A stretch of 48,564 bases of DNA, the filler included, from Catajapyx aquilonaris (Eukaryota), in the NCBI GenBank assembly GCA_000934665.2. It is 2 parts of 2 records of this genome, joined end to end, with 100 filler letters (N's around TTAATTAATTAA, not from the genome) between each part and the next. Parts side by side here need not be neighbours in the genome. Positions count along the whole stretch, not along the records: positions 24,332 to 48,564 come from JYFJ02005546.1; 1 more part is not named here. One strand, given 5' to 3'. Every line of letters starts with the position of its first letter. The stretch's first letter is position 1. Positions 38,601-48,564 of the stretch are shown here, in pieces. Both the position numbers and the translations under genes were made by a program. Under the pieces are notes generated by a model, which had not been told where the DNA came from, made no database searches, and was given only the letters and a program-made list of their open reading frames with translations.

Positions 38601-39152
38601 ATCTGCATGAGCGTTAGCTAACGGCCTGCAGAGCGTGCAACTGCGCCTCCGGAACCGGAATTTACCGACTCCGGATTTACAGCAGGGTCATTGAGGACGG
38701 CTTCGTCCCCCTCAACCCAACGTACGGCGGCAAGCCAACGCTGACTTGCCCACCCGGACCGACCCCAACACCCTTGCTCGAATTCAAGCAAGTGTATATG
38801 GTCACAAGTCTCAACCTCTTCCCGCAGTCCGCCATCACGAAAATACATACAGATATACTGTATGTACCCACGTTATGGGCGACATTGTCAGGTTCCGCAC
38901 TCTGCGGTACCGTACCCTGGCTAGCTCAAGTACTGGGTTCAGTAATGATACTACAGACTGGGGATAAATCAGTGTGTATTACGATTCAGAGGTTACAGAG
39001 CCCAACCCGCACACTCCTGCTCGGGTGGCAGACAGGGACCGACTGGGGAAGGTGGGGCTAATCTCTAGGTGGCCCTGGGCTAACCCCCCTCCTCCTTACA
39101 AAGGGTGAAAAGCAGGGGCAACCATGTGGCAGGGTTGCCACATGGTGTCACA
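35649..39152 (-). mobile_element. Non-autonomous Gypsy-like LTR retrotransposon (LTRs 35649-35893 and 38886-39152)
   Basis: TG...CA direct repeats; 4-bp TSD GTAT. Degenerate tRNA-Lys-type PBS (TGTCGCCCATAACGTGGG) inside the right LTR on minus; short purine tract before the left LTR. Decayed zinc-knuckle-like (KYCADIGHVAVQSC) and protease-like (VAAHLDAS) remnants. Confidence 0.92.
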
Positions 39153-39448
39153 GTATAATAAAGGTCCGTGCCGCATACCCTATAATAATAGGGTCAGGCA
39201 CTACCCAAGGATTATTATAATAATTATTATATAGGATTATAGTTCCAAAGTAATATTGTAATTTATACATGCTATATAGACCTGCCTGTACAACAGATTA
39301 TAAGTTATCACTTGGAGGCTTTGTTTGCCATACTTTCGATTTAAGCTTTGCCTAATCCTTTTGCCAAACTCTTCGCTCAATTTGCGTGATGGATAATTTT
39401 TTGTTATTCGTAGGGTGTAACAGTGCATCATCCTCAGATTTCCTCAGT

Positions 39449-39518
39449 GTTGCCCTGGCGATTATAAACAGGTGAGTCATGGAAACTGTTGAATTCATGT
39501 TGGCAAGAGTTTGTTTAC
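39449..39518 (+). promoter_or_regulatory. RFX X-box-like and forkhead motifs upstream of CFAP52
   Basis: GTTGCCCTGGCGAT (39449-39462), CATGGAAAC half-site (39478-39486) and TGTTTAC (39512-39518), 100-175 bp upstream of the ATG of a ciliary gene. Confidence 0.55.
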
Positions 39519-39623
39519 GTATCAGTTGGGCCGGAGGGAGTCATTAGAACGGACGTGTTTTTCGCGAGGAGCGGGTATCTACAGAAGAATTGCTATCGGT
39601 TTTTACAACCGTAGAGTGGAAAC

Positions 39624-42600
39624 ATGGAGCGAGCCGGCAAGAAACTAGAGCTGGTTTCCACTATCGGATTCGATGGTAGGTTCTTTCGGTTGAAAGGTAG
39701 AGGGGGAGGGAGGGGGGAAGCCAAGGGGGTAATCACTCGACTGAAAAGTGTACACTGGAGTACCAAATTCAAGGAGTACCACGGAGTAATAAAGAGTGAG
39801 GTGCCTGAGGAGTACCAGGGAGTACCACTCCCAGGTGTACACCGGAGTACCGAAGTGATTACCCCCTTGGGGGAAGCAGAATGGAACTGTGCCCTGCCCC
39901 TCCAAGAAGCATGTCCCATCTTTATTCAAATGTCAAAAATTCACACCCCTCTACTAGATAGACTAAGGTCCAGTTGCACCAGCCCAAGGTACAGGTTCAT
40001 GTGTGGGTTAATACTTGTTGACGACAATGAAATAATAACTAAGGTCAGACCCGGCCTGTACCTGAATCTTTTGCACATGTGTAATGGCCGTAAATGACAT
40101 TTCACTCCACTGGGGATGTAGTAAGTTATTGTTGACACATTAGTGCCAATAGTGCAGTTCATTACTTCAAACAAGTCATGGAAGTTGCCTCATGTGTGGG
40201 TGAAAGCAGGTTGACTGCCAGCTACTTGCCACTTCCAAAGGTGTACACATATTGAGGGTTAGCAATTTACATACATTTACATACAAGTAATTGACTGGCC
40301 ACCACCTTGGTAGGAAGTTGCTAACCCCTCAACAACAATAATTACTGAGTGGTTGCCAGCGGTTGCCAGTCAGTTACACTTGGCAAAGGTGTACACCAGT
40401 ATGGACGTGAAATCAATATGGGCATAATTATTGTTTTGGTCTGAATCTGGAATTCTGTCTGCAATTGGACCTGAACCCTTTATGTAGGGTTGACGACTAG
40501 AGTAGGCTATACTGTACATCAACATATTATGTCGGCAAAGAGGTCCACTTTAGGCGCCATAATACACCTGAACCATCCATATAAATCTAAAATATGTCAC
40601 CACATGATTTGCATGATTGCTATATTTTAATTTGATACCGGTGTCTGGTAATCTGATGTCACAGCACCACTGAAGGTCATTAGAGAGTACCCTTGGCCCT
40701 CATATTTTCGGAATGAGTAGTTTAAAAAAAATAACCAAGTAAACGGGGATTAACTAATAGCAGTTCTGAATATATAGTATACAGGGTGTTTCTTACTGGT
40801 GAATGGTTTCTCTGTCAGTGTAATCATTGGCCCAATGCACTAATTTTAAAATGTAGGGAGGAGAAATGTCAAGTGAGCAACTAGCAACAAGGTAGATGAT
40901 CAGACCAAAGGCAGGCTGTGGTTGTTTAGGCTTTAGGGAACAGGATTTGAATGTAATAATTTTTACTGTGCATCAGGTGGTGGCATTGCACCAAAGTAAT
41001 ATGCATCTCTTTCACATTAATCATCATCACAATCACATTCTGCTCCCTAGGCAACCATTGTTAATGATCTGGTTGTTCCACTAACGGTTCTGCCTGTCTT
41101 TGTCTGAAATGCGGGTTTCAGTTTGTGAATATAGAGGAAGACAAATATTATGCATCAGATTTGGTTTTCTATTTCATACCACCGACATTTCTCCTCACTA
41201 CATTTCTGACTTGCATGGGGTCAATTAATATGGCACGTTTCCATTAAAGGCACATCCCACGTACAGCCTTATCTGAATCCCACCCCATTGCCGAGTGCCC
41301 ACTCTGATAGCTGAGGGTTGGAAAGGCATGGAGTTGTCATCCCTTGATAATTGCCAAGATACCTGCCATCACATGCACGGAATATGACAACACCGCGCTT
41401 TCAAGTTTCAGTTATCCCTAATTGGGTGGGATTCAGATAAGGCCGTGGATAGGATGCACCTTTAAATGGAAAACAGACTATACCCTGTGGCAGGATCTTC
41501 CACTATTACCACTATTGAACATGTTACAAGTGCATGGATCAGTAATTCATTATGTGCTCTTATATTTTTCAGGAAAAGTAATTGGAGGCCTAATGGTTCA
41601 TCCAGACAAAATTCACTGTGTGTACCCTCTAGGAACCAATGTGGTCATATCTGACCTAAAGTCTCGCAAGCAAGATTTCTTGAGTGGGCATAGTAATAAC
41701 GTTACTTGCATAACCATCTCCAACAGCGGGAAGTTTGTTGCATCAGGACAAATGAATCATATGGGATTCCATGTGAGGCAAACCTTTGACATCTTCAGAA
41801 TAATGCGCAATACTAACAGTGCTATTATTTTATCCACAATCGGGACAGCATGGTGGTGTAGTGGTTGAATCACAGCTTTCCACCTCTGAAGTCACCTGTT
41901 AGATTCTTGGATTGGACAGATGAATTTCTCATGTAGAAAGAGTTTCAATGGGTTCTCTCTGTGCTTACATGGGTTTTCCAGGGTTCTCCTTTTACTTCCC
42001 ATAATAATACTAATCAAACTCCATCAGCTCTGCAATTTAATGAGGAGAGTGTATTATTTTTAAGAAGGGCCCCCCTAAGAGGCCACAGACCTATGGTGGG
42101 GTAACCAATTGAATATTAATTTATCCACAATCAAATATGAGTTCATTGTTTAATATCAAGACAGGTGATTTAATCCATTCATACATGCAAAAAAATCCTT
42201 GCCAACAGCTTGAGTGACTATCGTTGTACTGTACAATGTACAATGTACTACTTGTGTAACTACATAATTTGTTGATTTGAGTCTGTGAGATATGCACAGC
42301 TCATATGACAGAATATTATGTTTCAGTATCCCACATTTACATGTATGGTACTGTACAGGGTGTCCCTAAATGATTGTCAGCTTTTGAAAGTTGCTTAATT
42401 TCTATTAGTTGCGGTGTGCAATGACAAGACAGACATAGAACGAAAGAGGACATTATTTTGGGAGTTTTTATTGCACACACTACGAGTGCTCAATATGAGC
42501 CCCTTTCGTCACACGACATGATAGTCCAATTCTCTGCACACCCTGGTCAGCATCGTGTGATTGATTCCACAGCAGCAACAATCCTGCGTTTCAACTCTCA

Positions 42601-45600
42601 CAGGCTGGTAGGTAGCCGTGGTACGAAGACCTGGTCCTTTACATACCCCCAGAGGAAAAAGTCACACGGGGTGAGGTCGGGAGACCTTGGAGGCCACTGG
42701 AGAAAAACCAGATCTTGCTGACCGGCACGTCCGATCCACTACCGATCCTTGCCCTTGCAAAGGCAACCCGTCATCTGAAACTTCTGGAACCACCGTTGAA
42801 TTATTGTAGGGAGGGACGTAACGTCCTCCGTACTGTCGCCGGAAGGCCTGCTGAACAGCAAACTGCAGGACACGGAACACTTTCTGTTCGGGAGACACCA
42901 TTTTGTGGAGCCCTGTGAGCCTCGCGGCAAAGTGCGGAACCAACTTTTCAGTGTGCAATAAAAACTTCAAAATGTGCTCTTTCGTTCTATGTCTGTCTTG
43001 TCATTACACATAGCAACTAATAGAAGTTAAGAAACTTTCAAATGTTGACAATCATTTGGGACAAGTACCATGCAGTTTTTGACAATAACACATTACTTAC
43101 CTTTTTGTTCAAGTGATGTTGCCTTGTGGGAGATGAAGAGGACCAGTGTATGACCTAGGACCTAGCCCTAACCTTATGTCCCATTCCTTCCATCCTCCCC
43201 CCTGTAGGCTCCAGTGATCATCTGGGACTGGGAGAAGAGGCGCCAAATTGGCACTCATAAAGTCCATAGGGTCCGCGTAGAGTCAGTGGGAATATCATGC
43301 AAGGATAAGTACGTTGCTTCTCTTGGAGGAAGAGACGATGCTAACATCATAGTGTATGATTTGATCACAATGGAGCCCTTGTGTGGGCTGGAGGCTGCCT
43401 CAGGTGTTTGTGGATATGCCAAGGTCCTGCGATACCTTAATACTTCTGACAAACTATTTGTTACTGGTGGAGACCAGACCCTACGCATTTGGCAGCTGGA
43501 TACAAAGAAGCGGAAGATCCTTCTAGTAAATGCGAAGACAAGGAAGATTCGACGCCATGTGAGGTGAGTCAGCTGGAGATCTTCTGACACTTGATATAAG
43601 GGCGTTTAATAGAATTTCTGAATGCCAAGTTGTATAGTATCTATTTTTCTAGCACCATAGATACAACAATGTGACTCAAATGAATTGTATCAAAATGTTT
43701 CTTTTCTCAACTTGATTAGAATGACCAATGATCTTACTACTGAAAATCACTACAACCTATTTAACTTTCTTGCCAACGTCCTGTGCGCATGACAGAAGGT
43801 TCAGTCTTGTGTCCTTGTATTTTTTTAAAAAAATGTCTTTTTTCTTATTTTTTCTTTCTTTTTTCTCTTGTTAATTCACTGGTTCTTTGCAATGTATCTG
43901 CCTGGCAGCTGTTTCCCCCCAAAGGCAACTATGCCCATCGGGGAAGGAAAATAAAATAAAAAATAAAAATAAAAAGTTTCTTTTCTACTTTAAAAATAGC
44001 TTGTGATAGGCCTACCAGGAAGTTTTATTATATGAAAACTAGAATTAAAGAATGATTAGAGGGAGAGAGAGGGAGAGAGATTTGACTGATTTTGAGATAT
44101 GAAGGTCTTTGTAGATTGCATTATCCTTATTATATCCACAATGAACCTCCCTAGTTTTAACTTTCTACTATTACGCAAGTACCGTACCTGGACCATGGTG
44201 TCGAAATATTGTACTGTATGAACAAAAAGCAGTAGCCTTCCACGTGTGCTAATTTAATTTTAAAAAAAAGATTTTATTTGATACCCCGTGCTGGAGCCTT
44301 TTGGCTCCCTTTGGAGGTAGAATACCACCATTTCTTCTTACGAATTTTTTTTCTTTCGCATTTTTCTCTCCGGTGCAGGGATCAGGACGGATCAGGAAAG
44401 GGATTTGTGAGGATGGGGCACTGGTGCGAGTGCGTTGTCTTTATGTTGGGGGTCGTGTGCAGTCCCCCAGGGGGCCAGGTGCAATGTGGTGACTAGGTGC
44501 GGGTCAGAAATCCCCACCGACACCGAACCTCCCCATGGATGGGTCAAGGATAGGAAAGGAAGGGGGCTGTGGCTTATTATTCACGGAAGGGACCCCGGAA
44601 TTTTCCTGGGAGGACCGTGGGAAACCGTGGGAAACCACAGAAAACCACGGTCAGGATCGCCGGCCCCGGGACTCGAACCCAAGACCCCCCGATTAGCAGT
44701 CGGACGCCTTATCCACTCCACCAACCTGCTTCGGTTCGTGTGCTCATTTAGTAGCAAGCACAATGTACTTTAAGCCAATAATCTCCCACCCGGAAGTGCC
44801 CTCCAGCAAGTCGGGGGTGATGGAGGACACGTCATTATTTGAGCTGTTCACGTTAGTTGCACAGACTGTCTCTGTCTTGGAGCATGTCCAGCACTTCTGT
44901 GATCGACTACAGCTCAGCTAATCACCACACAACTTGCATTTCCCCCTCTGTAGATGCTATGTTTGCATCTTCCGACAGCATCCCCCACAGGAGCACCACC
45001 ACATCAAATTTATCTAGATCAGTGTGATTGCTATATCAAAAAACTGACCATTGACCTCTAGAGTTACATTACAGATTACACAATGCCTAACTCATTCTAG
45101 ACCTTACTGTGACTCTTACCGTTCTGAATTTCATCATAATCATCATCACCATCACCACGCCATTTCCCTATAAGGGGTAGTCAGCGATGACGGGATCCAC
45201 AAGCTAACCTAAAATATGAACTAAATTAAAACTTGTAAAAATAAACCTATAAACAACCCGTCCCGTCCCCCACCCCAGTCCATCTCAGACGATTCAACAT
45301 TAAATTTTTTATCCTCTTCCAGGGGGGTGGGGGACACTTAATTTCTCAAAGTACCGCATTGCATAGTGTTCTGAATAATTTCAAGTCTTCATATACCTTT
45401 GGGAAGTCCATTATTGGACTTTATGCCTAATGCTATTCCAAATGAATTGAGGCGTTCCCCACAAAAGAAGCCTATGTCATTGAGACAATTTTTTTCAGGA
45501 GATGAAAAAAACTGTCTATGTCAATGAGTTCTTTTCATGGAACCAGGTCTTTTTGTACCCTTCACAACTCCTGACTAAGGCACTTTTCACGGACATCGAT

Positions 45601-46828
45601 GCTACCGAACTGTCGGGCTGGTTGCGAACTATCAGGATATATGTTTAACTCAATTTCCGACATTTCATGACATAGGCTGTTTTTGTGGGGAACGCCTCAA
45701 TTGTCTGCCGAGGTTAGTGATTTTTTTGGGGGAGGCTTTAAGCTGCTTAGCTATTATGAAGCAGTTACTTGTGAACAACTGAAGACCTCGAGGAAAAATG
45801 ATCAAGATCCACCTCATGTGAAACTGAGATATTGCAATTTAAAACTTCATTTTAGGTCCCCACAGGGCCAAACAGCTTCACACATGAGAATATTACCGTT
45901 ACAGTGTGGACATGTCCCCACTATTTCGTTTTGCACGGTTTCACAAAAGTCCATTTCTCTCAGCCTAGGTTAGTTAGGGTAGGGTAGGTAGGGTAGGGCA
46001 GGTTAGGTTAGGTTAGGTTAGGTTACACTCGCTTTGAAAAGTTGTATTTTTTACGTCCCCACACCTTAGTGAAAAAACAGGTCTGTGTGTATGTGTATAT
46101 GTATGAGTACGTATGTAAGGATGTATATGAAAGGATATAAAGGATTTTGCATGTAGGTTGTATGTGTGTATGTTATGGAGGGAGAGGGAGATGACCTAAT
46201 TATTCATCCACTCTCTATGTAGCCATGCGACGATTTTGGCTGTTTACCTGATAACAAAAAGGCTTCTTTCATACTCTACTATTATCAGTTTATCACCTAA
46301 TAATATCTTAAAATAAACGATTCTTTATTGTCCAGGTGTATCCAGATTGATGCAGATGACAAATGGGCATACTGTGGCACAGACACCGGGGACATTCTTG
46401 AGTTTCGAATTGAAAAGCAGCGGTATGAGCCGGGTGTGGTTCCTCCAGGTGCCAGCTCTGGTGACAAGCCACCAAAGTATAATGTTGACATGGTCCTAGA
46501 TGACAATCTGATTCGGATCCCAAAGAATAATAAGCATGCCCAACCAGACTTCTATTCGAGAGGAATTAAGGCCGTCTTGCTCCTTGAAGAAGGATTGTTC
46601 CTGGTAGGATGTGGGGATGGCTGGATCAGTCAGGTAAAAAGGATAGAGGGTGCTACATCAAGGAGGCTAATACCCAAAGGAATCAAGTACACTTTGCCTG
46701 TGATGCAAGGCACTTTGACAGAGTTGAACGGAACATCTGTTGGTGCCGGAATCACTTCCTTATGCAAGTGCTGGGCAGCAGAACGAAAAAAACCCGCATC
46801 AGTACTTGCTGGTACTGAACGGTCAGAG
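39624..46828 (+). CDS. CFAP52: Cilia- and flagella-associated protein 52 (WDR16), exons 39624-39675, 41573-41772, 43208-43563, 46336-46828; gene continues beyond window
   Basis: LELVSTIGFDG / GL.VHPD...VYPLG..VVI...QDFLSGHSNNVTC...SG...ASGQ..HMGF / IIWD...H..RVE...ASLGGRDD..I.V / YCGT.TGDI are CFAP52 N-terminal WD40 motifs. All four exons join in frame at GT-AG sites. Confidence 0.93.
39722..39869. mobile_element. 148-bp MITE with 8-bp TSD (P-element/hAT-type) in CFAP52 intron 1
   Basis: TIR CAAGGGGGTAATCACT; TSD GGGGAAGC; internal GGAGTAC repeats. Confidence 0.88.
41248..41461. mobile_element. Kolobok-type MITE
   Basis: TTAA TSD with AGG...CCT termini; inverted GCCTTATCTGAATCCCACCC arms. 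Confidence 0.8.
41843..42001 (+). mobile_element. Old degenerate tRNA-SINE
   Basis: A-box TGGTGTAGTGG, decayed B box, and a GGGTTTTCCAGGGTTCTCC core typical of ancient SINEs. Confidence 0.5.
42356..43063 (-). mobile_element. Internally deleted Tc1/mariner element in CFAP52 intron 2
   Basis: TA-CAGGGTGTCCC start, ~95-bp TIRs; transposase remnants WPPRSPDLTPCDFFLWGYVKDQVF and N-terminal AVQQAFRRQY...RWFQKFQ.TG. Confidence 0.92.
44281..44735 (-). mobile_element. SINE family A, longer copy in CFAP52 intron 3
   Basis: Same head (GATTAGCAGTCGGAC...CCAACCTGCTTCGGT on plus) and tail (TACCCCGT...AATACCACCA), with extra central sequence. Confidence 0.85.
45967..46025 (+). repeat. Degenerate (TTAGG)n tract within a GTCCCCAC-bearing repeat
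   Basis: GGTTAGGTTAGGTTAGGTTAGGTTA plus TAGGG variants; flanking GTGGGGA.../GTCCCCAC motifs at ~45685-46062. Confidence 0.7.
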
Positions 46829-47829
46829 GTTAGTGCTGGAGAATACATAACAGAAATATGATTTTAGCTGACAACTGTATCGACAAGAAAAGTTGTGTAT
46901 GCTGACAAGTCCTGTTGACTCCAAGAGGGATGAAAATAATGTAAGGGAGAGAGGGATGTTGCATGTGACGAGGTGAGGTTATACTGTACATTCGGTTCTT
47001 CTCACTGTCTCATATTTGCTAGGTGCACTCAGGATCAGGAGTATAGGTACCAATTTGATGTGCCATTTCAACCGATATAAGGGCGAGCTAAATTATGAAA
47101 TCAACAGATTACTAGCTATCCATATGCTGCTTATGCATCCTACAAATAAAATAAAATAGAAGTTGACAAATAAGTTAACTAAAATAGTCTGACTTAGCAT
47201 GACAACAATGAAGTGTCTTTTCAACAAAACGCTATTTCAGAGTAGACTCATGAAGTAAAACTTCCTACAACTGCACTCGTAGTACTGTACAGATAGATCA
47301 CAGTAGCCTATATTTTCAATCAAAATGGGCTATGAAAATAATACAGATATGTCGCACTGATAGGAGGTAGGGGAGTTGACTTCATCTTGCCATGGAGGAA
47401 GGTACACAGCAGAGTACATTTTTGATATACCTTTTTGGGGTGGCCATCATGTCCAGTAAGCCTATGCAGGGTAGCGGTCCTTAAATCTGAAGGTCAGCAA
47501 ATATCAAGGTGCACCGCAGTGCACCCCGCCAAGTCATCACTCCACATCACTCCACACCACACACACAGTCTACATTTCGACACATCACCTACTGCCACTT
47601 GTCATGTAACCAGGCAACCAAATTAAACATGCACTGCTGTGGGCCTTTTACTATACCCCCTTCGTATACTACATTTGACCTCCTTCCAGCTCAGCTCGGG
47701 AAAACGCTGGAGATCTGAGCTTTACAAAATAGAATGGCATGGGCCCAGGGACCCTACAAAAAATATTCATAATTTTGTGACAAAAGGTTCTAGAGATATA
47801 ACACCTCAAACTAGGCCATTTTTCTTCCA

Positions 47830-48480
47830 ATAATATACACAAGAACGTCTCGGCTTAACACTAGCAACACCCTTAAGACACTGACCCACCTGGTCCAACC
47901 ATGTCTTCCTAGGCCTACCCTTGCCCCTCTTACCAACTACTCCACCCAAATAAACCTTCTTCACAATCTCCTCCTCCTTCATCCTCTCCACATGGCCACA
48001 CCACCTTAAAGTAGACCTACACACCTTATCTTTAACAGTCTCCTTAACATTACACCTCTCCAAAATCTCCTCATTCCTAATCCTATCGAACTTGGTAACC
48101 CCACAAACAGCCCGGAGATAACGCATCTCTGTAGCCAACACCCTACTCTTATGCCTATCTGACCAAACCCACGCTTCACTACCATACATAAGTGAAGGAA
48201 CAATAACGTGAGAACAGACAGACAACCTACAGGCAGAAGATAAGTCCTTATTTCTAGAAAACTTACTTGTGGCACCTATCACTTTCAACCCAGAACTAAC
48301 TCTCCTGTCTATTTCCCCATCTACCCCATCATTCTACCATTACTCTCAAGGACACTACCCAGGTATACAAACTGGCTGACCTGCTCAACCAGTTTTCCTC
48401 GTACCAGCAACGTACAAGGAGAAACCTGCTGTCCCCTCTCAAATACCAATACCTTAGTCTTATCTACGTTAGGGAGAGTA
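47830..48480 (-). mobile_element. RTE-clade LINE fragment (RT C-terminal region)
   Basis: KTKVLVF...YLG...EIDRRV...P.LMYGSEAW...EMRYLR..CGVT..DRIRNE.I...LRW.GHVERM...GKR..GRPRKTW; frameshifted. Confidence 0.92.
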
Positions 48481-48564
48481 AGAAGCGGGTAGATCTAGAG
48501 GAGAGTGAGAGGCTGGAGAAGGCCTTCAAGGAGGATGAGAAGTCTTTTTGGAAGACTGTTAGGA

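Noticed and set aside
39745..39852. GGAGTAC repeats as a CRISPR-like array
   Set aside because: Eukaryotic context, 7-bp units, internal to a MITE with TIRs and a TSD.
45967..46025. Telomere or telomerase template
   Set aside because: Short, degenerate, intronic and embedded in a dispersed repeat.

Overview
Eukaryotic (arthropod, probably insect) genomic DNA with an assembly gap at 24232-24331. Three protein-coding genes are recognisable: the last two coding exons of BCKDHA (+, 26693-27137), a complete 3-exon ATP synthase subunit s / factor B gene (-, 27726-28938) lying tail-to-tail with it, and the first four exons of the ciliary WD40 gene CFAP52/WDR16 (+, 39624-46828, continuing past the window). 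The right 29 kb is crowded with transposons: tRNA-SINEs, Tc1/mariner, pogo-, Sola-, piggyBac-, Kolobok- and P-type MITEs, an RTE LINE fragment, and a 3.5 kb RT-less LTR element with near-identical LTRs. In contrast, ~2180-19940 contains no transposon or protein I can recognise. Its right end carries a CpG-rich promoter-like region and a chain of short minus-strand exons ending in AATAAA with no credible ORF. This candidate spliced lncRNA, with a splice-site-occluding hairpin, a possible intronic C/D RNA and ~13 kb of TE-free sequence downstream, is the most interesting unexplained system here. All calls were made by eye, without database searches.
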